A DNA stretch of 24,326 nucleotides from an uncultured bacterium. Its GTDB lineage: Bacteria; Hydrogenedentota; Hydrogenedentia; Hydrogenedentales; JAEUWI01. The translations under genes and the position numbers were made by a program. The notes below the pieces were generated by a model. That model searched no databases. It worked only from the letters and a program-made list of their open reading frames with translations, and was not told the origin of the DNA. The stretch spans positions 1 through 24,326 of the forward strand of contig CAXBPH010000086.1 in the NCBI GenBank assembly GCA_963977445.1. Reading direction: 5' to 3'. Positions 1-9,149 of this stretch are shown here, piece by piece. The first letter of the stretch is position 1, and each line of letters begins with the position of its first letter.

Positions 1-100
1 CTTGCGCGTAGGCCCGATCGCTGCCCGCCACGACTCCCAAAAGAAGTACTGCGCAGGTCGCGACTAACAATTTCTTTGAAAACATTCGTTTAAGTATCAT
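1..100 (-). CDS. 5' end of a secreted protein (partial, runs off the window)
   Basis: Manual translation from ATG at 100 gives MILKRMFSKKLLVATCAVLLLGVVAGSDRAYAQ..., a Sec-type signal peptide with AYA|Q. AAGGAG Shine-Dalgarno lies 6 nt upstream. Confidence 0.75.
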   Translation of the reverse strand, partial: MILKRMFSKKLLVATCAVLLLGVVAGSDRAYAQ

Positions 101-128
101 CTAATTCTCCTTATTCTATCCCATAAAT

Positions 129-144
129 GCACCTTTTCAGGTGC
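129..144 (-). other. Short GAAA-tetraloop hairpin between two co-oriented genes (weak terminator or RNA stabiliser)
   Basis: Minus strand GCACCT-GAAA-AGGTGC followed by ATTTAT; poor U-tract. Confidence 0.3.
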
Positions 145-202
145 TCCAACAAGTTACACACATTCGGTCAAATTAATCGGTTATCTTCACCTAAGATCTA
201 CA

Positions 203-1348
203 TCAACATACTACCGCGACGCGCCACCAACGTGACGCTGAGAGAAACAACATCGCTACGATGAGCAATATCAAGCCTGCGCCAGCGGATTGGGTCTTTT
301 CGCCTGTCGTAGCGGCGGGTGTACACCCTGCAGGCAATGCGCTGGGCGCGCCTTCTATTCTCGTATAGCCTATGTCAATTAAGGCACCTAAATCGATGCC
401 GCTATAGGTTCGTTGGGTACTTCCCAGGAACACGACATGGGTAATGGCTGAGGAGCTTTGAAGTCTATTGATATCCCAGTGGCTGAGGCTGCTACCGGGT
501 TCGTAGGGCCCTGGGGAGTAAACGGGAACGGGAGCATCTGCATCGCGTAGACGGGCTTGGGGACCGGCAAACCAAACATCATTGCCCACCAGATTGGCGA
601 CATCCAGTTGGAATTCAGGGATGTTGCCATCGCTGAGCAGACGGGGGCCGTCGGGGCCGTCGGTAAGAAAGCTGTCGAAGACGGTATAGATTCCGGGCCC
701 GATACTACTTGAGCCATCGGGCTCTATAAGCGATGTAAATCCCAGTCCATGGGTGATTTCGTGGAGCAATACGGTGAAAAAATCGGCTTCACCGGGCTGG
801 GGGGTACCCGCAGGAACATTCCATGCAAACCCCACGTCCACCGTGACGGAGATTTCGGGAAATCCAAAAAAAGGTTTTAAACCGGTCTTCAGACGCTGGA
901 GGGTGCTACCGGTGTGAAAACCAGCGCTATTGGGATAAAATGTGCCCGCAGAGGCAAGGGCACCGGTGCCGTCCGTTTCGCTGACCGTCACCTGAATATC
1001 GAGGGTTCTTCCCGGGTAGTTGATTTGATCGGCCACATAGGCGAGAACGTCTTTAAGCCGATTGCGAACGGCCACGCCCGTATTGGGGTCGTTAAAGCCA
1101 ACGCCCACATCATCATAGGTAATATTAAAGGTCAGATCGCTGGTGATAAACTGCTCGCTGAATCCCCCTTTTGAAAACGTATCGTACCCGGCATCGGTAT
1201 CGAAGAACGTATTTCCTTTATGGGGCTTAACCAGCACGATGGATTCGGAAGCCCAAAGGGGGCTGATCATGAGTGCAAGCATAATAATTGTGTGGATGGG
1301 TGTGGACAGGGCGACCAAGCGCAACCATTGAGACCACGGAAACTTCAT
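203..1348 (-). CDS. Secreted zinc-metalloprotease-like protein with C-terminal membrane anchor/sorting signal
   Basis: Hydrophobic N-terminal signal; zincin motif HEITHGLGF; downstream GSSLSHWD motif; C-terminus GC-linker-TM helix-RWWR. GGGAG upstream of ATG 1348. Confidence 0.8.
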   Translation of the reverse strand: MKFPWSQWLRLVALSTPIHTIIMLALMISPLWASESIVLVKPHKGNTFFDTDAGYDTFSKGGFSEQFITSDLTFNITYDDVGVGFNDPNTGVAVRNRLKDVLAYVADQINYPGRTLDIQVTVSETDGTGALASAGTFYPNSAGFHTGSTLQRLKTGLKPFFGFPEISVTVDVGFAWNVPAGTPQPGEADFFTVLLHEITHGLGFTSLIEPDGSSSIGPGIYTVFDSFLTDGPDGPRLLSDGNIPEFQLDVANLVGNDVWFAGPQARLRDADAPVPVYSPGPYEPGSSLSHWDINRLQSSSAITHVVFLGSTQRTYSGIDLGALIDIGYTRIEGAPSALPAGCTPAATTGEKTQSAGAGLILLIVAMLFLSASRWWRVAVVC

Positions 1349-1427
1349 CTGCTATTCTCCCGCCAAAAGGCGACTTTGAATTCTAACTACCTATAGATAG
1401 CATACCACGTGGAGCCCGACGGTGCAT

Positions 1428-1456
1428 AAAATAACGAAAAGTGAAATATATGTCAA
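1428..1456 (-). promoter_or_regulatory. Putative sigma70 promoter for the metalloprotease gene
   Basis: Minus strand TTGACA-17 nt-TATTTT in an AT-rich stretch. Confidence 0.5.
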
Positions 1457-1556
1457 GTTTTTACCGGACACATGTGCCTGACTGCAAGAGAAAACACTGA
1501 TTTGCAGCGGACTGCCTGCGACTTCAGGGCCGCATACCTGGGATCGGTCACCGTAG

Positions 1557-4500
1557 TCAGGTATTTCTCCGGTAGGAGCCGCCAACTTCAAAGAGCGCCT
1601 GGGTAATCTGCCCCAGTGAGCAAACCCGGGTCGCTTCCATAAGGGCGGCGAAGGTATTGGCACCCGTTGTGCAGGCTTCTTTCAACAACTCCAACGCCTG
1701 CGGAGATTCGCGTCGGTGGCGGTGGTGGAAGTTTGCCAGGCGATGGAGTTGCTCCTCCTTTTCCGCCGGTGTGCCCCGACGCAGCTCAAGGGCCCCCATG
1801 TCGGCATCGTGGTCCGCCCCGGTGTTGACGAACGTGTTCACCCCGACGATGGGATAGGTGCCGTCGCTTTTCTTCTGCTCGTAATGGAGCGACTCTTCCT
1901 GAATCGTACTCCGCTGGTAGCCCCGCTCCATGGCACCCAAAACGCCACCGCGATCATTCAGACGGTCAAACTCGCAGAGGACGGCCTCCTCCACGAGCTG
2001 GGTCAGCTCCGACAGAAGGTAACTGCCCTGCATGGGGTTCTCACACAGGGAGAGTCCATGTTCCTTTTGCACTATCAATTGAATCGCGACGGCACGACGG
2101 ACGCTTGCCTCCGTGGGCGTGGTGACGGCTTCGTCATAGGCGTTCGTATGGAGTGAGTTACATTGGTCGTAGTAGGCCGTCAGGGCCTCAAGTGTCGTGC
2201 GAATATCATTGAACGTCACCTCCTGGGCATGGAGGGACCGACCGCTGGTCTGTATGTGGGCCTTGAGTTTCTGGGAGCGTTCGTTGGCCCCATATCGTAA
2301 TTTCATGGCAATTGCCCAGATACGGCGAGCCACGCGATTCAGCACGGCATATTCGGGGCCCATACCGCACGAGAAGAAGAAAGAAAGGTTGGGTGCAAAG
2401 TCATCAACGGCCATACCCCGCGAAAGGTAATGCTCCACATAGGTGAAGCCATTGGCCAATGTAAAAGCGAGTTGGGTAATAGGATTGGCACCGGCTTCGG
2501 CGATGTGGTATCCCGAGATCGAAACAGAATAAAAATTACGGACGCCGTGCTCGATAAAATAGGCCTGAATATCCCCCATCATACGCAGCGCGAAGTCTAC
2601 CGCAAAGATACAGGTATTCTGTCCCTGGTCCTCCTTCAACACATCGGCCTGCACGGTGCCGCGCACCGATCGCAGTACGTCAGACCGAATAGAAGCCCGC
2701 TCCCCATCATCGGGGGAACGTCCCTCGCTTGTCAAAAAGCGGTCGCAAGCCTGGGAGATGGCCGTGTTGAAAAACAAGGCAAGCATTGTGGGTGCCGGAC
2801 CGTTGATGGTCATGGAAACGGAGGTATTCGGCGACGCAAGGTCAAAGCCATCGTAGAGCTGCTTCATATCATCGAGGGTGCAGATGGAGACGCCGCTACT
2901 CCCCACCTTGCCGAGCACATCGGGTCGTTCTTCCGGATTCCAGCCATAGAGGGTCACGGAGTCGAAGGCGGTAGATAGCCGTTTCGCCTCACTCCCCGCT
3001 GCCAGCAGATGAAAGCGGGCATTGGTCCGCGCGGCATCCCCCTCCCCTGCGAACATGCGCGTGGGTGATTCATCGGTGCGCCGAAAAGGAAAGACCCCGG
3101 CGGTAAAGGGGAATCTGCCAGGAACGTTTTCGCCACGCATCCAGGTGATCTGGTCACCGGGGTCACTCAACACGGGCAAGGCTACGCGGGGAATCGGCGC
3201 TCCGGTCAGACTTTTCATTTTAAGGGGAACGCGATGTTGCTGTTCACGAACGGTGTATTCAAATTCATCGCGGCGATATTCCGATTGTATTTCAGCGTAT
3301 TGCGCTCGTATCGAGTGGAATTCCGCCCCTACGCTTTCCGACAGAGACGCTGCCAACCCATTGATTTGTGTGGCCAATACTTCATCCGCCAGCGCGGCCG
3401 TCTCCTTGACGTGCCACCAGGCTCTCAGGGCCGCCGCACCGGTTTGGGTCTGGCGATGATAGGCCCGCAGGGTCTCAGCAATCTCCGCAAGATAGCGATT
3501 GCGTTGTTGTGGAATGGCCGCTGCCTTGGGCTCGCTGAAGACAGCCTCGGCATGATGCCGTGGAGAATGCCAATTGCCCACGACACGTTTAGTTTTGAGC
3601 TGCTCCAACAAGTGAAGGTAGAGGGCCGTCACCCCACGGTCATTAAATCGGGATGCCGTGGTCCCAAAAACAGGCATGGAATCGGGTGATTCGTCGAAGC
3701 ACTCGTGGGCGCGCTGATATTGCTTCCGAACATCCCGTAACGCATCCGCAGATCCGGCACGGTCAAATTTATTGATGGCCACGGCATGGGCCTCATCGAG
3801 CATGGCGATTTTTTCAAGTTGGGAGGCGGCGCCGAATTCAGCGGTCATGACATAGAGTGCCACGTCTACCAGCGGGACGATCCCCGCATCGGCCTGCCCG
3901 ATACCGGCGGTTTCGACGAAGATCAGATCCAAGGGTGCCGCCTTCAGAACCTTTATCATATCGCCCAAGGCACCCGCGGTATCACCACGATGTCCCCGTG
4001 TGGCCACGGAACGCATAAACACGTTGCTCCGGGCGGACAAGACATTCATGCGGATTCGATCGCCCAGCAGGGCTCCTCCCGTCTTCTGGCGCGTCGGGTC
4101 CACCGAGAGTATAGCGAGGCGTCGCTCTGGGAAGTCCTCGCAGAATCGCAGTGCCAGTTCGTCGGTCAGGGAGGACTTTCCTGCCCCTCCGGTGCCGGTG
4201 ATGCCGAGCACTGGTATCCCCCGGTCGGCGGGCAACCGGGCCAGGAAGTCGCGCAGGTCAGGCATGTCGTTGGCGTGAGCAACTTCGACGGCCGTCAGCA
4301 AGGCACCCAACTGCGCGGCGTCACCGAAATCTTCGGGGAGCGTGAGGGGCCGGATCTTTCGGTGGCTTTCCGCACGTTGAATCAGGTCTGCAATGAGCGC
4401 CTGAAGGCCCAATTGTCGACCGTCTTCCGGGGAGTAAATTTTGTTGACGCCACAGGCCTCCAAGGCCGCGATTTCCTCGGGCACAATCACCCCGCCTCCC

Positions 4501-4814
4501 CCACCGAAGACCTGCACCTGTGCCGCACCCAGTTCGCGTAGACGGTCAATCAGGTAAGGAAAGAATTCATTGTGCCCCCCCTGGTAGGAACTTACCGCGA
4601 TGGCATCGGCATCTTCCTGGATTGCGGCCTGCGCGATTTCCTCTACGCTCCGATTGTGGCCGAGATGGATAACCTCGCACCCCTGGGCTTGCAGAATGCG
4701 GCGCATAATGTTGATAGCCGCATCGTGCCCGTCGAAGAGTGCCGTGGCCGTTACGATGCGCAGTGGAACGGTCGTTGCCTCGTAAGGCCGACCACGTGGG
4801 GCGGAGGAGTTCAC
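1557..4814 (-). CDS. icmF: Fused isobutyryl-CoA mutase / MeaB-like GTPase chaperone
   Basis: N-terminal B12-binding domain (DGHDAAINIMRR, SSYQGGH); GTPase motifs (GTGGAGKS, DRIRMN, ETAGIGQ, NKFD); C-terminal mutase barrel (TRMFAGEG, LSTAFD, KEDQGQNT, ISGYHIAEAGA, HIQTSGRSL, SLHTNAYDEA). 1085 aa is typical of IcmF. Confidence 0.96.
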   Translation of the reverse strand: MNSSAPRGRPYEATTVPLRIVTATALFDGHDAAINIMRRILQAQGCEVIHLGHNRSVEEIAQAAIQEDADAIAVSSYQGGHNEFFPYLIDRLRELGAAQVQVFGGGGGVIVPEEIAALEACGVNKIYSPEDGRQLGLQALIADLIQRAESHRKIRPLTLPEDFGDAAQLGALLTAVEVAHANDMPDLRDFLARLPADRGIPVLGITGTGGAGKSSLTDELALRFCEDFPERRLAILSVDPTRQKTGGALLGDRIRMNVLSARSNVFMRSVATRGHRGDTAGALGDMIKVLKAAPLDLIFVETAGIGQADAGIVPLVDVALYVMTAEFGAASQLEKIAMLDEAHAVAINKFDRAGSADALRDVRKQYQRAHECFDESPDSMPVFGTTASRFNDRGVTALYLHLLEQLKTKRVVGNWHSPRHHAEAVFSEPKAAAIPQQRNRYLAEIAETLRAYHRQTQTGAAALRAWWHVKETAALADEVLATQINGLAASLSESVGAEFHSIRAQYAEIQSEYRRDEFEYTVREQQHRVPLKMKSLTGAPIPRVALPVLSDPGDQITWMRGENVPGRFPFTAGVFPFRRTDESPTRMFAGEGDAARTNARFHLLAAGSEAKRLSTAFDSVTLYGWNPEERPDVLGKVGSSGVSICTLDDMKQLYDGFDLASPNTSVSMTINGPAPTMLALFFNTAISQACDRFLTSEGRSPDDGERASIRSDVLRSVRGTVQADVLKEDQGQNTCIFAVDFALRMMGDIQAYFIEHGVRNFYSVSISGYHIAEAGANPITQLAFTLANGFTYVEHYLSRGMAVDDFAPNLSFFFSCGMGPEYAVLNRVARRIWAIAMKLRYGANERSQKLKAHIQTSGRSLHAQEVTFNDIRTTLEALTAYYDQCNSLHTNAYDEAVTTPTEASVRRAVAIQLIVQKEHGLSLCENPMQGSYLLSELTQLVEEAVLCEFDRLNDRGGVLGAMERGYQRSTIQEESLHYEQKKSDGTYPIVGVNTFVNTGADHDADMGALELRRGTPAEKEEQLHRLANFHHRHRRESPQALELLKEACTTGANTFAALMEATRVCSLGQITQALFEVGGSYRRNT

Positions 4815-4872
4815 CAGGCAACCTGACTGGAAAACAAGCCATATCGACGTGTCTCAGCGGACCCCATGGAAC

Positions 4873-5526
4873 CTACCGTACTTTCAGGTCGCGCATAATC
4901 AATTCGGTCTGCATCGTTATATACTCTTCCAGGGTGAAGTGCTTTCGCATATACCATCGACGAAAGGCCCACATCTGACCGAGAATGGTGATGTTGTGGG
5001 CCATGAGTCGGGCAACCTTTTCTGAAGGAAGCTGAAAACTGCCTTCGTGCATGCCGCGACGAATAAGCGCATCGAAGAGATCCGTTACACGTTCTTCATT
5101 TTCCATGACCAGACTGCGTGCATCGGATGAAAGGCAGGTGGATTCCTGATAAATCAGCAAGATCGCGTCCTGCTGCTTGTCGCAGGAACGCATGTAAGTT
5201 GCCAGCGTATTGGATAGGGCGGACTCGATGTCTTCGCCGTCTACACGCACCGCTTTTAGCAATGCGGCGACTTCCTGATGGACCGATTCACAAATCAGGT
5301 AGAGTATATCGCCTTTGGACTTGATAAACTCATAAAGCTCGCCCACCGTCCAGCCCGCTGCCATGGCGATATCCCGGGTAGTTGTTTCATGATAACCCGT
5401 TTCTATAAAAAGCTTTATCGCCGATTCAACCAGCACCCTGCAACGTTCTGTGAGCTGTCCATAATCAATTACTGCGGATCCGGCCTGACCCGCCAGTGAC
5501 AGATTCAGACGTACGCCAGTACGCAT
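4873..5526 (-). CDS. TetR/AcrR family transcriptional regulator (icmF-associated type)
   Basis: HTH segment AIKLFIETGYHETTTRDIAMAAGWTVGELYEFIKSKGDIL; C-terminal GQMWAFRRW motif. Start re-called at ATG 5526 because GGAG lies just upstream and the longer track ORF overlaps the deacetylase. Confidence 0.9.
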   Translation of the reverse strand: MRTGVRLNLSLAGQAGSAVIDYGQLTERCRVLVESAIKLFIETGYHETTTRDIAMAAGWTVGELYEFIKSKGDILYLICESVHQEVAALLKAVRVDGEDIESALSNTLATYMRSCDKQQDAILLIYQESTCLSSDARSLVMENEERVTDLFDALIRRGMHEGSFQLPSEKVARLMAHNITILGQMWAFRRWYMRKHFTLEEYITMQTELIMRDLKVR

Positions 5527-5602
5527 AATATTTACTCCACCTCTCCCGGTCCCATCACGATTGTGCCCCACGCTCCACGTAGTGTTCACACAACCTGTCG
5601 CT

Positions 5603-5645
5603 ATGGTAACAGGGTTACTTGAACCCGTCAACGTCAGGATGACGT
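5603..5645 (-). promoter_or_regulatory. Putative sigma70 promoter of tetR-icmF with two overlapping/adjacent inverted repeats (candidate operators)
   Basis: Minus strand TTGACG (5626-5631)-17 nt-TACCAT (5603-5608). Inverted repeats GTAAC-N3-GTTAC (5606-5618) and ACGTCA-N3-TGACGT (5631-5645). Confidence 0.55.
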
Positions 5646-5674
5646 ACCGCAGTAGACCGGCCCCTATTTTGTGG

Positions 5675-6460
5675 TCAGGGAAGGTCGTCGAAGGTGTAAA
5701 AATGCAATCCGAGTTTCTGGGCATGGGCGAGGATCTTTTCCAGGGTCGCCGGTCGGATGTGGTGGCTTTTACTGGCTTCCGCGATGTTATGGGCATAGAG
5801 CGTAAGTACCTCACCTCGCGAAGCGGCTCGATCCATCGCTTCCAGGAGCTGGGCCAGGCTATCTTCGTTTCCGGGATAGCCAATACGATCAATACCCTTG
5901 CCGGTGAGGCATCCGCGGGACGCGAGTTCCCCCAATGGCGTAAAAAGTATATCCATCTGTGCATACCGTTGCCCCTCCCGGGCCCCGGTACCCGTGCGCA
6001 GGTGCCGAAAGGTCTTGAGCAAGGCTTCGTCCGTTACAGGGTCGTTGTTGCTGCTCGGATAGGCGAAGGAAGTGGGCTGAAACCCCGCCTTTTCCATGGC
6101 CACCAGCGCGGGTGTGATTTCACGGGCAAGATAGTCTTCGATACCATGGACCTTGGTATGTTCTGCTGCCTTGATGTGACGGAGACCGTGGCACCCGATA
6201 GCATGCCCTTTCTCTCTCAGGGCACGAAGTCCATCGAGCTGTTCCGCGCTGAGTTGATCAAAGCGCGTCACGAAGAACGTGGCACTGGCACCATATTTCT
6301 CGAGCAGGGGCATCGCCTCGACCCACTCATTGACGTGGGTGTCGTCGAAGGTAAACAACACCCCGGGAGCACGGAGAGGGGCTACCTCAGGAACGGTCAC
6401 ATCGGCGGACGCCATGCCGGCAATTAGGAAAAGAACTAGAGATACCAACTTAAAAATCAT
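5675..6460 (-). CDS. Secreted polysaccharide deacetylase (NodB/CE4 family)
   Basis: Motifs LFTFDD, ATFFV, CHGLRH, FAYP, LYAH. Signal peptide MIFKLVSLVLFLIAGMASA; start re-called at 6460. Confidence 0.85.
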   Translation of the reverse strand: MIFKLVSLVLFLIAGMASADVTVPEVAPLRAPGVLFTFDDTHVNEWVEAMPLLEKYGASATFFVTRFDQLSAEQLDGLRALREKGHAIGCHGLRHIKAAEHTKVHGIEDYLAREITPALVAMEKAGFQPTSFAYPSSNNDPVTDEALLKTFRHLRTGTGAREGQRYAQMDILFTPLGELASRGCLTGKGIDRIGYPGNEDSLAQLLEAMDRAASRGEVLTLYAHNIAEASKSHHIRPATLEKILAHAQKLGLHFYTFDDLP

Positions 6461-6598
6461 TTTGCATAAGCCTTTAACGTCACATTTACACCACGAATAC
6501 AATGGCCCACATCGTACCACGATACGTTTCGAAGGAACCATGTATACAATCGGCGTATCGCATCGCCGACAGCCGTCTAACAGGCACGTCGTATTATT

Positions 6599-6952
6599 TC
6601 ACTCACCGCGCTGCTGAAAACGGGCCGTAGAAAAGAGGGTGAGGAGCAGGGAGCGATCCTCGTTCAGAATGGGGCTCAGATCGGAAACCGGCGTTTCGCT
6701 TATATCGAGAACCCGGAGCGAAGAAGCGTCCGCCAGGGGCGCACGCGATGTGATCCCCGTGCGCGCCGCATAGAGCGTGTACAACGTGGAATTGTTGCTC
6801 AGGGGCCCCAGGTTGTTTACCGAGGTGTCGTCGATGTTGAGCTGCTCCAGGGCCGTGTTGTCCGTGAAATACGACAAGGTGTTGAGTGTCGTGCCTCGCG
6901 CAAAGAATCTTTCCCGCGTAGTAAAATCGGCCAAGACGCTTAAATTGGTCAT
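6599..6952 (-). pseudogene. Leucine-rich-repeat (internalin-like, 22-aa) protein fragment, probably a gene remnant
   Basis: Four full 22-aa repeats plus a partial (e.g. TSRAPLADASSLRVLDISETPV-SDLSPIL). No signal peptide, caps or clear RBS; two consensus Leu positions are Arg. Confidence 0.55.
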
Positions 6953-7107
6953 TTTGGCCTCTTTTTTCGCGGCCATAATCGGCCCCAGAATCGACAATCA
7001 CCTATATTAAGCGGGCAAAACTCCGATATGGAAAATCACGAAGGGACTTACTTCCCAACACAAGTTTTTACGGATCAACAACCCCAAATACCACGGACTT
7101 ATTCGCT

Positions 7108-7140
7108 AAAAACAAAAAGAGCCCCGATCAGGGGGCTCTT
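7108..7140 (-). terminator. Intrinsic terminator downstream of the MscS gene
   Basis: Perfect 9-bp stem AAGAGCCCC (7117-7125)/GGGGCTCTT (7132-7140), 6-nt loop, U-rich tail on the minus strand, about 30 nt after the stop codon. Confidence 0.85.
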
Positions 7141-7168
7141 GTAGTCTCGTCCGAAATATGCGCCTCGG

Positions 7169-8767
7169 TTAGGTTTCGCTTGCGTCGCCTGTAACCTTGT
7201 AGACATGTACATCGCGCTGGGGAAAGGGAATCGAAACGCCTTGGGCGTCGAATTCCTCTTTCACTTTCCGGGTCACATCCCAATAGGTGGACCAATAGTC
7301 TGCGGTATTTACCCAGGGCCGAACGATAAAGTTCACGGAGGAGTCGGCAAGTTCGTTGACCCGTACGACCGGTTCTGGCTCCGTGAGTACGGCAGGATGC
7401 TCCTTAATAATTTTTTCCAGGATTGTCTGGGCCTTTGCCATATCATCGTCGTAGCCAATACCGAAGACCATATCGACCCGCCGTTGGTTGGTACCCGTTG
7501 CATTGGTGATGACGTCGCCCCAAATTGAGTTATTGGGTACGACTATTTTTTTATTGTCTCCGGTGTTTATGGTGGTAGAGACGAGATTCAGACTGGAAAC
7601 ACTTCCGGCGATACCGGCGACCTCTACCCAATCCCCCACGTCAAAAGGCTTAAAGTAGAGAATCATGATGCCGCTGGCGAAATTACTGAGCGAGCCCTGG
7701 AGCGCGAAAGCCACCACGAAACCGGCCGCACCAATCATGGCCAGGAGTGGTGCCGTATCCACTTCCATTTCGGCAAGGGCCAGCACGAGACCAATCCCCA
7801 GAACGATTCGACGCACGGTGACGGAGAGAAAACTTCGCATAAGAGTCGTCAAGGCCCGATTCACGCGAAGCACACGCTCCAGGAGACTACCAAGAAAACG
7901 GGCAATCAACCAAGTCGCGAACATTATCATTATGAATTTGGCAAAATTCCAGGCGATGCGCAGGCCCCCCTCTTCGGAGGTGAGCCAGCCAACGATTGCC
8001 GCTTCGGCCGCTTCCTGATCGGTTACATCGACGGTGATTCCGGAAACGGCTTTGATGTAGTAGCGCTCTTCATCGGCAACACCACCTTTTTTTTCCAGCT
8101 CGTCGAGGACAATTCGCAAGCGCTCTACCAGGGCGGCACGTTGGGTGCGAAGATCCTTGAGTTCTTCCAAGGTTTCTACCTTAACCTCCTGGTCGGCATC
8201 GAGCTTTTCCTGGACTTCTGCTGCGGCCTTGTCGAGCCCCTCCTGCCCCTGGGCGGAGGCCTCTTCTACATCAATGCCGATCTCCGCAGCGCCTGCTTCG
8301 GCTACTGATTCTTGTACGACGGCATCCGTTTCTTCAACGGCTTCTTCAACAGCCTCCGTAGCAGTCTCTTTCGTCTCGTCGTCTGCGTCCCCCGCCTTTT
8401 CGACGGCCTTCTTAGCATCTGCGACGGCATTCGCAACCTCCTTCTTAACGGCAATTTGCACGTTTTGTTGTCGGACGGCAATTTCTCTTTGAGAAATCTC
8501 TGAGACTTTTGCCTTCACCAACTCCAGCCAGGCACCCTTTTCGCTTGCCAGTTCGGTCACGGTCATGGGCTTAACCAGCAGCTCGAGTATTTCTGTTTCA
8601 ATCTTGGGGTCTTCTGCAGTCACCGGCTCGGGGAGCTCCGCCGCTGGTTCGATAACGGATCTGACCTGAGCAAAGGCGTGGGCAGGCACCAGGAGTGCTG
8701 CACCAATGGTTACGAGAATAGTCAACAGAATTCCTGTTGAGTTTCTACGGCATATATCCAATCGCAT
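7169..8767 (-). CDS. Small-conductance mechanosensitive channel (MscS family) with long N-terminal extracytoplasmic extension
   Basis: C-terminal MscS motifs AFALQGSLSNFASG, KPFDVGDWV, VVPNNSIW, RRVDMVFGIGY, SIPFPQRDVH. N-terminal signal (AFA|Q). GAAAGG upstream of ATG 8767. Confidence 0.92.
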   Translation of the reverse strand: MRLDICRRNSTGILLTILVTIGAALLVPAHAFAQVRSVIEPAAELPEPVTAEDPKIETEILELLVKPMTVTELASEKGAWLELVKAKVSEISQREIAVRQQNVQIAVKKEVANAVADAKKAVEKAGDADDETKETATEAVEEAVEETDAVVQESVAEAGAAEIGIDVEEASAQGQEGLDKAAAEVQEKLDADQEVKVETLEELKDLRTQRAALVERLRIVLDELEKKGGVADEERYYIKAVSGITVDVTDQEAAEAAIVGWLTSEEGGLRIAWNFAKFIMIMFATWLIARFLGSLLERVLRVNRALTTLMRSFLSVTVRRIVLGIGLVLALAEMEVDTAPLLAMIGAAGFVVAFALQGSLSNFASGIMILYFKPFDVGDWVEVAGIAGSVSSLNLVSTTINTGDNKKIVVPNNSIWGDVITNATGTNQRRVDMVFGIGYDDDMAKAQTILEKIIKEHPAVLTEPEPVVRVNELADSSVNFIVRPWVNTADYWSTYWDVTRKVKEEFDAQGVSIPFPQRDVHVYKVTGDASET

Positions 8768-9149
8768 CTGAATACCTTTCCGATTGCCCGACTGTACCCA
8801 TATATTCCGACTACGCCATTTTACCCTTCTCACAGGGGAGATTAAAGGCTACCAGGACGGGGGCAATTTGAATTGTTGCTTCGAGGTAACAATGTAAGTA
8901 ACCCCCAAGATGTCTCCGGGGAAAGTTCCGGTGTGGCGAGGAGACGAAAGTATTCCCTTTCTCACCGCAGCTCACACTGCTCTTCATTGGTGCCCTACGT
9001 CGCATAGCAAGGATGAAAAGACACCCACACACGGTGGGACCGCGGGGCCGATTTTATTGCGAAGCAACGCTGATGAAGTGAATGCTTTTCTACCCAATCA
9101 CGCATGGATGCGCACCCGGGCTCACGTAGCTGCAGTGGTCGCAACGCCC

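Noticed and set aside
4815..5674. Cobalamin riboswitch expected near the B12-dependent icmF
   Set aside because: No B12-box or conserved core motifs seen by eye in either intergenic region; an Infernal scan would be decisive.
5527..5964. N-terminal extension of the TetR ORF in the track
   Set aside because: It overlaps the deacetylase in another frame and spans the predicted promoter; the RBS supports ATG 5526.
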